Source of the DNA: the human T2T-CHM13v2.0 reference genome, Homo sapiens
Direction: 5' to 3' (one strand)
Assembly: GCF_009914755.1 (NCBI RefSeq)
Contig: NC_060927.1
DNA length: 64,000 nucleotides
Shown: piece after piece, positions 54,829-64,000 of the stretch
Numbering within the stretch: the first letter of the stretch is position 1
How the letters are laid out: each line of letters starts with the position of its first letter
The notes under the pieces: generated by a model
Databases searched by the model: none
Seen by the model: only the letters and a program-made list of their open reading frames with translations
Told to the model about the DNA's origin: nothing
Made by a program: the position numbers and the translations under genes

Positions 54829-56581
54829 TTACCAAGGCGGTGATGTAGGCAAAGCTTGGGACAAGGAAGACATGCTCTCTACATGTCTCACTGCTATATT
54901 GAGAGGGGCGGCTAATGTCATAGGCATGGGCAGATTCATTGGAGATGTGATGGTGACAGGGTGTGCTATATTCTCTGGGGCAGTGACGGGGTGGGGAGGT
55001 TGATCTGGGTAGTGAGTGTTAAAGGAGAGGTCATGGATAGTGGACTGGTTATAGTTACAGGATGCCCTATGTTCATTGGACTGGTTATGTTAACTGCCCT
55101 TGAAACATTTACTGAACTTCTCATGCTCATTGCAGCTGCCAGTGTGACTGGGTTTGACATAGCCCCAGACGACACAGAGGATGTTATATTGAATGGCGTA
55201 GTGAGAGTCACAGGTGTTGTAGCAGCCGTGGAGGTTTGGCACAGGTTAGCAGCTTCTTTCTTCCTTGCTTTAACAGCTTCTTCCCACAGTCTCAGTGTTG
55301 CTACCTGCTTCCCTGGCCAGCTTGTCACATGTTGTTGTTGCTGTTGTTGCTGCTGCTGCTGCTTTTGGTTACTGGTCTCTTCACTCATGCTTGTTTTACT
55401 GATGCCTTGTTTACATGTATTGCAGTTGATACTTTGGCTCTGCCCATGAGTCTTTAAGTGGCTGGTGATGTATGCTGCACTCAGGAGCTTCCCACAGATG
55501 TTACATGATACCTTGTCTTCGTGGCGCACCATGTGTGTCCGCAGTCTGTCTTTGGCGGCAAAGGCAGCAGTGCACGTTTGGCATTTGAAGGGTCTTTCTG
55601 TTGAATGGACATGTTTTACATGACAGCTTAAGGGGTCAGGTCTTGAGAAGCCTTTCCCACAAACACTGCAAGTATAGGGTTTGGTGATTCCTCCTTCATG
55701 AGACCTCACACGGTAAGTCATCCGGTCCTTCCTCTTGAAGCGCTGATTACAAATAGGACACTCGAAGGGCTTCTCATCTGAATGGGAGAGCTTGTGCCGA
55801 CTGAGATGGTACACATCTCGGAAGGCCTTCCCACACATTTCACAAGCCTGGTTCTTCTTGACAGGCTTGCTGGGTTTCTTGACAGATTGAGTCACCGGCA
55901 GAGCTGTGGTGCTGGCACTGCTACTGGGGTTGGTGCCCGAGGAAGATGTAGTGACTGTTGACAAGATGCCTGCAATGGTCGAGACCAACGAAGTTCGGCT
56001 GCTGTCCCCAGCCATGGTAGAGATAAGGGGAAACACCGTGGTGGGGGTTTTCTTTGGCTGGGACACCACCTTGATCCCTGTGTGGCAGGATTCATGGCGC
56101 CTCAGGTGATAGCTGTCCCTGAAAGCTTTACTGCAGTAAGTGCACACAAACGAAGTTTTGGGTTTTTATTTTTTAATCCCAATGGCATCCTTTAATGTTT
56201 CTGGTGAACCCTGAGGTTTCTGAGTTATCGGTATTGGAAGCAATGGTTTCTGATCAGGGGGCTCCACGGCAGAGCTCAGGAGGAGCAGCAAGCTGTTCTG
56301 TGCTGCCTGCTGTTGGTGATGGGAAGCTACCTGGGCTGCCATTTTACCAATTCAGATGTTTGTGGCAACATAAAGTATTTTTACAGCATTGCTGAAGCTC
56401 ACTCTCACACAAGGGTCACACCAGGTCCCTGATTCTTGGGTGAAATGCTGTAGAACCACTGCAGGAATCGCTCTCTGAGGATTCCTAGGATCCCCACACT
56501 TCTACATGAAGCCTTCCAAGGGGGAACTGGGTTTTCAAAAAATGTTCTCTGGAACAGGAACGAGGTCCAGTTGGCCTCCAT
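54829..56581 (-). pseudogene. VEZF1P1: Disrupted VEZF1-derived CDS (six C2H2 fingers, polyQ, S/T/P-rich tail)
   Basis: ATG at 56581; 212-nt insert 56337-56548; TAA at 56166-56168 (IKK*KPKTSF); 1-bp deletion near 54988-54991; original stop at 54829-54831. ORF 54966-56147 holds the zinc fingers. Confidence 0.92.
55332..55361 (-). repeat. CAG/CAA polyglutamine tract (10 codons)
   Basis: (CAG)4(CAA)2CAG(CAA)3 on the minus strand. Confidence 0.9.
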
Positions 56582-56704
56582 GGCTGCGACGGCCGACCCC
56601 CCCTCCTCCCCACTCCCCCCGCTCGGGGAGCCTCCTCAGCCAGAGGAGGTGACAACAAAGCAGTGGCGGCGGTGGCTCCCCAACATCCGCAGTTTCTATT
56701 CTTT

Positions 56705-56731
56705 ATAGCAGTGTAAGAATGGACTAATACA
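56705..56731 (+). mobile_element. THE1D solo LTR, terminal 27 bp
   Basis: atagcagtgtaagaatggactaataca is the canonical THE1 LTR end. Confidence 0.9.
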
Positions 56732-58238
56732 GTACTGTTAATATTTCCGGATCCTCTCATTTATAAGGCCCTGAATACTCTGCAACTAGGATTTGAAACT
56801 ACAGTTCTGGGCCCCTTAGAACCTCTCGAGGTAGAGTCTCTACCAGGTATTCTAAATTATCTCATTCATATTTCTTCTTACTTCTTGCCTCAAAGCTGCC
56901 TCTTTGCTTAGATTCTTCAAATCAGTTCTTCAGTTGGACTTTTTGTATGAGTTTTCATATTGATTTTAGATACTCTTTTTCAGGTAACTCTGGGATCTAT
57001 AATTCAGTATCTCCTGCCTCAGCTCAAAACACTAACTTCAAGGTATTTATCAGGAGGACAGTTATAATTAGGAAAATTAAATGACAAATTGAATAAAAGA
57101 CTGATTACTTTCTTGTTATGTTCTTAAAATTATTTAACACATCTGCAGAGTCACAGTCTTGACTATCATGATCAGTGGCAGCTAAAATGCAAAAATGAAC
57201 GGACCACTTTACTACTGTAGCTGTAGATGAGCAAAATACATCACCCCATGTAAGAAACAGCACTGAGTTCGACTGTGATTTCCTACTTACTGAAATCCTC
57301 CTCAGAAAGGAGAGGGAATGCTACTGATGCTCACCCAAGTGAGAAGAATCTATACCGTGGGGAGGGAAATAGCTGTAGAACACCAGATGTTTGCTAATTA
57401 TCCTCAAATGAAATTAACTAGACAAAGTTTTAAACAAAGATAATTGGAAAGGGTAAAATAAGCTTATTCTTCCCTTGACTTTACAAGTAGGGGTAATAAA
57501 TTCATCTAAAGTGCTCATCATTGCCTCTGCATCCAGTCCTACCTCCAGTTCTTAAGCCTCAGACCATATACCTTTCCTCTGCCATGGGAATCATATCCAG
57601 TGTCTCTATAGCTGGGTACTGGTCAGCTGAGAAATTCTCCAAGCCTCGCTCTCCTATTTCCCCTTCTTCTCCCCTTATGTATGACTATTCCTCATCTTAG
57701 CTCACTCTTCTTGGCCAGCTCAGTTAAAATCAGGTATAAAATGGCTTAGCACTTCCACCTCAAGACTTGACTGATAGTCACATCAGATGATGTCTTCAAA
57801 ATCTCAGAACTTATTTTAACCTGAAAGCCCCTATAAAAAAGGTTTAGGCAAAAACCCAGTGATTTGACAGAATGCACCTCTACCCTTCCTGAAATAGAAG
57901 CTACTTCTGGAAAAGCATAGACCTTCTTTATGGAGGAACAATCAGTAAAAGCAAAGAACCTGGACAAAACTGAAGCTGTAATTCAAAGGAAATGGACCAC
58001 ACGGAAGAATGAGAGTTGGTCTTCACCAAAAACTGTTGGAGTGAAAGAAACAGACATATTAAAAAGTGATTTTATTTATATTATCAAGAAAATTCAAAAG
58101 GGAGCTCTAGCTCTAAAGCTAAAACAAATAGCCCTAAAGAGGAGCCCATCTTATATCAGGTAGAATTTTATGGACATATAAAAATGATTTCTAAATTAAA
58201 AACTATGACAGCAACAACAATATAAAATGGACACTTCT

Positions 58239-58273
58239 ATCACTTCTCAGCCTTTTGGTTAAGATCAACTGCA
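58239..58273 (+). pseudogene. 3'-truncated U2 snRNA retropseudogene (U2 nt 1-35)
   Basis: atcacttctcagccttttggttaagatcaactgca matches U2 ATCGCTTCTCGGCCTTTTGGCTAAGATCAAGTGTA at 30/35; direct repeats aaaatggacact / aaaatggatact flank it. Confidence 0.88.
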
Positions 58274-59204
58274 AAATGGATACTCTTCAACATTACATTT
58301 CTAAAATATTAAAGCAAGTACAAGAATTTTGACCTCAAATATAACTCAGCATGACATAGAATCCAAGGGATATACTCCCTTCATAACTCTGTTGACATTT
58401 TCTCAAAAGGTTAATATCCTTGATATATAAAACATTCATGGCAAATAATGTTTTTGAGAAGAACAACAAAACCAAAAATGCATAACCAAAGACCAGCTTG
58501 CAGATGCTGTAGCTTCTGAAAGAAGAGGCTGGAATAGGACTTGTGTGCAAGAAATTTATCTGGGGCAGGGAATGAGGGGATGAACCCAGGTAGGCAGATG
58601 TGAGGAACTGAGCTGATTGAAATAGAGGAGAAAAAGTCAATACAAAGGTGTGTGACTGAGTTCCCACCAACTGAGGTTCAGTCCTTCTGGGATGTGCTCA
58701 AGAGTGCAGGGAATGCTCAGAACTGGCCACCCAAGGATTGTTGGAGAAAAGAATCTGCTCTTTGTCTTCCACACCCCACTGGTTGAAAGTTGTCCAGGGC
58801 TACTAACTCTCTAGCACTTCTGAGCTATTTGCAGAGTGAAATCTCACTGACATTCTGCTCCCCTGTGTTGGAGAGAACCTGGAGGCAGGAGCACAGAAGA
58901 TATCGAGTGCCAAGGGAGTCCTCTGCCTGAGCTGTGGCTGGAACCAAGATGAGGCTGAGAGGTGTCTGGTATAATAAAAGATGAAATTAATGTGAGAAAA
59001 ATACACCTGAAAAGCACTTACATTTGCTGGTACAAAGGAATGCAAATCACTACAACAATCAATATCTTTTCCTTTGATAAATTTAAAGTGATTTGTAAAA
59101 TGATAATTCTTAATTTTTTAAAGATGTAGTAAGAGAGGAAGAGTTTTACTGCTAAAATGAATACATTTTATGAACTTCCTTGGACTAAACTAATGTTATA
59201 AATT

Positions 59205-59592
59205 TTTGTGGGCCAAATTGTGTCCCACCCCCCACCAAATTTATATGTTGAAATCCTAACCCCTAGTATGTCGGAATGTGACTATATTTGGAGATAGGCC
59301 TTTAAAGAGGTGATTAAGTTAAAATGAAGCCTTAGAGTGGGCCCTAATCCAATCTGAATGGTATCCTTAGAAGGAGAGGAAATTGGACACTCAGAGATAT
59401 CAGGGAAGCATGCCCACAGAGGAAAGACTGTGTGAACACATAGCAAGAAGGCAGCCATCCTCAGAAGAAACCAAGCCTGCCATCATCTTGATCTTGAACT
59501 TGTAGGTTCCAGAATTGCAAGAAAATAAATTTATCTTGTTAAGTCACCCAATCTGTGGTATTCTCTTATGGCAGCCCTAGAGAACTCATACA
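59205..59592 (+). mobile_element. MaLR LTR (MLT1B-like)
   Basis: aaatttatatgttgaaatcctaacccc...gaatgtgactatatttggagatagg...ggcagccctagagaactcataca. Confidence 0.88.
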
Positions 59593-59629
59593 AGAGTAAG
59601 AATCTTAAATATTAATATCTTCATACGCT

Positions 59630-59960
59630 GTGGCTACCACAGCCAATTCCTCTCAATACCCATTTTCCCATTTTTCCTTACTAATAGAACCTGAGTTTTT
59701 TCTTTTTGATTATTATTATTATTGAGAGTACAGCACTGTGCCCAGCACTAGGCTGTAGACCATGATTGGTCTAGGCCAACTCTGAAAATCCTATTCCTGT
59801 TTTCTCAGCATCTCTTGCAAGTAGTGTTGACTTTGTGACCCAGTTCTGGGCAGCAAGACTAAGGAGAATGTTCAGTGGGGCTTCTGAGAAACATTTTGCT
59901 TTCCTAATAGAAAAAGACAGATGAAGGCATTATGCATGTTCCCCCACCCCTTTTCCTGCT
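59630..59960 (+). mobile_element. Old MaLR LTR fragment (MLT1K/L-like)
   Basis: ttccttactaatagaacc...ttctcagcatctcttgcaagtagtgttgactttgtgacccagttctgg. Confidence 0.55.
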
Positions 59961-60344
59961 TTATACCTCAGACACCGATATGATGTGCTACCTATCTTTG
60001 CACAGCTCCAGCTTTACATTCTATTAGGTAAGACATTTCAATGCATCAGAGGGCCTCTGGTCTAATAGTTTTAACACATGCCCTTGGAATCAGTCTTATT
60101 GGACTAGCTTAGGTAACATGCACATAACTGAACCAATCATGAGGACCATAGTTGACTGATCTGAAGAGTGTTCCGACTCCTAGAGTGTAGGGTTGATGCC
60201 AGCCTTAGCCAACACTCATGGATGGAAAGTTGGGGAGGGGTTGCCCAAAGGGAAATCAAGGTGTTGATACCAGAATTTGGAGGAACGAATGATGATCAGG
60301 CAAAAACCAACTAACACAACTAATTGATGTGCTTTACACCTAAC

Positions 60345-60645
60345 TAAGTTCTCCTTCAGGTCTCAGCTTGCCTATTATTTCCACTATGAACTTTTCCTGG
60401 CCAACCTCAATGCTGTCAGTTCTAGACTAGTTGCCCCTATTGTTTTTTTCCTATACCACCTGTACTTTCTTTATCACAGCACTTTTATATTGTGTTAAAA
60501 TTGTCTGTTTGTTTCTCTTAATTCCTGATTAAACTACAAAGGCTATTAAGGCAGGAATCGTGATTATCTCATTCACCATTGCCTCTCTAGTGTCTACCTG
60601 TGCACCTAGTAAATAAACTTGATAAATATATGCTGAGTGAATAAA
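60345..60645 (+). mobile_element. L2 3' fragment
   Basis: tccttcaggtctcagctt...aaggcaggaatcgtg...ttgataaatatatgctgagtgaataaa. Confidence 0.65.
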
Positions 60646-60698
60646 AATCTACTGCTAAATGGATATTTGGTAGACAAGTGTAATTGAAAATGCTTTCG

Positions 60699-61042
<344 letters not shown>

Positions 61043-61855
61043 CTACAAAAAGAATGGACACATTGGTCTCTTGTTACCACACCCATGCACTTATTCAGTC
61101 CCTTGAAGGAGGAAGAGTGGATACATTGGTCAGAATCTAGAACATTCATTGGGGTACATTTACCAACATTCCTTAAAGATGAGCAACTCTGACTATTACA
61201 GTCTCTTTGTTTTCCTTTTGCAGATATAGACAGGGTTTTTCTCTTTGACACAGGCCTAACCAGGTTTCTTTCTTCTTTTCCATCCCCCTGAAATATGCAA
61301 CTGAATGGTAAATTATGTCAGGGCTTGGTTGGCATATATCTCTTACTGAAAATGCACCTTGATCCTAGAATTTAGAGTAAAGATGGAGAACTAGAACCAT
61401 TCTTTTCTCAACATTAGACCATGTGCTCCATCCTATACAGCTTATAAGAAGACCCTGAATGGGAAGTTACTGAGCTCTTACATATCTATTTAGAAAGCAG
61501 CATTTTGTTTCTCATCTTATCTAATTTTCTCTTGGGGAAGCATATAGGTACAGGTGGTTATGACGTAAGATCAGGTTGTTTCTTCATTCAAGACTGTAAG
61601 AGAATCACAAATACAACGCTAACCTCACAAATGTGACCGTAACCGCTCACTGATTCCTAAGGGGGCACCAGCTCATTCAGCACTTCTCATTTCCTCACAC
61701 AGCCCCTCAACCAGCAGGAATGAGATTCTTCACTGCACAGAACACTCAAGGCAGGTGTGGTTCTGGCCTGAAAGAGAGATTGTCCAGTTCTTACAAAGTG
61801 CTGGTTGGCCTCAGTTTTATGCTGTTAGTGCCAATACAGTGCTTTTCATACAAAC

Positions 61856-62613
61856 TGAGGACTAAACTCTGATTTTTTTTTTTTATCTTGCCCAAATTCC
61901 TATCTAAGGGGTCTGGGGAGTCATGCCCTACAAACCAAAAATTCTCATCAGATGTGTTTTATTTAACCCTGTAAATAGTGGCTTACTTTCCAATCTGACT
62001 CTGGCATAACAAGGAAGAAAATCAAAATATTTTACCCCAAAACATGTTTCTCTACCATATCTTGAAATGACCCTGCAAAGCCGTCTCTTGTGGGAAAAAT
62101 CCATATTCTATAGAAAATCCCTTTTCCCCTTGTTTTCCTTCCTTCCTTTCCAGATCCAGGAGATCATCAACTAAGAGACTTTTAGGTCCGATAAAAAACA
62201 TTTTACAACCCGCTCTCTCTCTCTCTCTCTGAAGTCTGCTACCTGAGAGCTTCCTCTGTACAATAAAACTTGGTCTCCATAATTTTTATCTTAACCTGAA
62301 CATTTTCTATTCATCCCAGGTCTTCAGATAAACTCAACCAATTGTCAACCAGAAAATGTTTAAATTTACCTACAGGCTGGAAGCCCCTGCTTTGAGTTGT
62401 CCTGCCTTTCTGAACCACAGTAACCTATTTCTTACATGTATTTGATTGATGTCTCATGCCTCCCTAAAATATACAAAACCAAGCTGTACCCCGACCACCT
62501 TGGGCACATGTTCCCAGGACCTCCTGAGGGCTGTGTCATGGGCCGTGGTCACTCATATTTGGCTCAGAATAAATCTCTAAATATATTTTACAGTTTGACT
62601 CTTTTCATCAACA
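61856..62613 (+). mobile_element. MER4-family ERV1 solo LTR
   Basis: tgaggactaaactctgattttt...cttgcccaaattcctatctaagggg...ggctcagaataaatctct...ttgactcttttcatcaaca; flanks aaac/gaac. Confidence 0.88.
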
Positions 62614-62942
62614 GAACCACCACGGAGAACAATGTGGGAATGATCCAGTCTTACAGAGATGACAGATAGGAGTGAGAGGAGTTTTTGCATTTTTAGTTTT
62701 TTGAATGTGTTTTTTGGTACAGCCTTAGTGAAACTTCATTAAGCAATGGCTAGGTACAGATTTGAGAGGCATTAACAATTTTTAGGAGCCTAATAGCTAT
62801 CTATTAATTAATTTGACAAATATTTACTCTGAAATTCCAGTAACTAGGTCCTTGGTAGACTCTGGGGATGCAAAGATGGGGAAGGCAGGATCTCCTGGAG
62901 GAGAAAATATTCAGTTGGAGGAGAAAAGCACTTAAACAAATA

Positions 62943-63023
62943 TTAGGTTGGTGTAAAAGTAATTGTGAGTTTTTTTCATTACTTTTAATAGCAAAAACTG
63001 CAATTACTTTTGTACCAACCTAA
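62943..63023. mobile_element. MADE1 (Hsmar1-derived) palindromic MITE
   Basis: ttaggttggtgtaaaagtaattg ... caattacttttgtaccaacctaa with TA duplicated on both sides. Confidence 0.95.
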
Positions 63024-63559
63024 TAATTATGATGCATCATGATGCTGAGGAATGAACTCAAATTGACCTCTGCCAGATCTTCCTTGCCTTGTAAAATCCT
63101 GTAAATCTTTTAAAGCCAACTCAAATCCTGCTTTCTCCAAGAATCCTAAGTGCTCAGTTCAGTCAAAACAAATCTCTCTTGCCCTCTAACTTATATATTA
63201 ACAATATTATGTTTGTGTCTCTTTCCCATTTGATTTTATATTCTTGAAGGACAGAAGCTGTATCTTAGCCATCTGTGTATTCTCCAATTTGGCCAGCACA
63301 GTCTTTTTCATGTAGTAAATACTGAATGTTTGTTGAATTGAAATAAACTTTATTACATTAATCAGTTAGTTCTCATGGAGTTTCCAAATACATTGATTCT
63401 CTGTTGTGGAAGAGAAAGGACAACAGAAGCAACATATTTCTAATTAATAGTTTCAATTTTGGTGAGAAATTATTTGCCTGGAATCTAAAAAAAAGTACAT
63501 GAAGTCTTAATTTTAATATCATTATAGTAAGTGTATGTTGTTTCCACTGAAAATAAGAG

Positions 63560-64000
63560 AAACACAAAGGAAAATAATTCATTCTACCAAAAGGACGCAT
63601 GCACCCACATGTTCATTGCAGCACAATTCACAATAGCAAACATGTGGAATCAACCCTGTTGTCCATCCACAGTAAACTGCATAAAGAAAACGTGGTACAT
63701 ATATACCATAAAACACTATGCAGCCATAAAAAGGGCAAAATCATGTTCTTTGCAGCTACATAGATGCAGCTGGAGACCAGCATCCTAAGTGAGTTAACAC
63801 AGAAAAAGAAAATCAAATACCACATGTTGTTACTTATAAGTGGAAGCTAAACATTGAGTACACATGGACATAATGAGAGGAACAATAGACACCGGGACTA
63901 CTAGAAGGGGGAGGGAGGGAAGGAAAAGGATCAGGGTTGAAAAACTACCCACTGGGTACTATGCTCATTACCTGGGTGATGTGTTCAGTCATACTCCAAA
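63560..64000 (+). mobile_element. L1PB-type 3' fragment running off the window edge
   Basis: ORF 63531-63788 (KDACTHMFIAAQFTIA) is the L1 ORF2p C-terminus, followed by L1 3'UTR. Confidence 0.9.

Larger units (their letters stand above)
52919..56689 (-). pseudogene. VEZF1P1: Processed pseudogene (retrocopy) of VEZF1: 5'UTR, CDS, ~1.9 kb 3'UTR, short poly(A)
   Basis: Intronless VEZF1 coding sequence from MEANWTSFLFQ to QALPTSPPW*. AATAAA (plus-strand tttatt, 52936-52941), short A tail and perfect 15-bp TSD cagtttctattcttt (52904-52918 / 56690-56704). Parent gene identification is confident; the P1 symbol is inferred. Confidence 0.93.

Noticed and set aside
54961-55457. Plus-strand ORFs with poly-Cys or poly-Leu
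   Set aside because: Antisense shadows of the VEZF1 CAG/CAA repeat.
54966-56147. 393-aa ORF as an intact VEZF1 gene
   Set aside because: It starts at GTG after an in-frame stop, has no introns, ends in a frameshift and is enclosed by TSDs. It is a retrocopy.

Overview
Repeat-rich primate (most likely human) genomic DNA with no intact host gene that I can recognise. The main feature is a ~3.8 kb processed pseudogene of the zinc-finger gene VEZF1 on the minus strand (52919-56689). It has a perfect 15-bp target-site duplication (TSD) and sits inside the 3' end of a THE1D-type MaLR LTR. It appears to derive from an alternatively spliced mRNA, because it carries a 212-nt cassette between exons 1 and 2. 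It has a premature stop and a C-terminal frameshift, plus an apparently new Kozak ATG that opens a 349-codon zinc-finger frame. Also present: a very old two-LTR ERV1-class provirus (8106-15769) with a tRNA-His primer-binding site (PBS) and an env TM remnant, a cluster of ERV1 solo LTRs, an L1 fragment with a likely short 3' transduction, a tailless 35-nt U2 snRNA retrocopy, a MADE1 hairpin MITE, and many Alu, L1, L2, MIR and MaLR fragments. Subfamily names and comparisons with VEZF1 come from my recollection of consensus sequences and were not searched. I see no convincing new multi-gene system. The best candidates for novelty are the isoform fossil, the re-opened ORF and the antisense LTR arrangement of the VEZF1 retrocopy.
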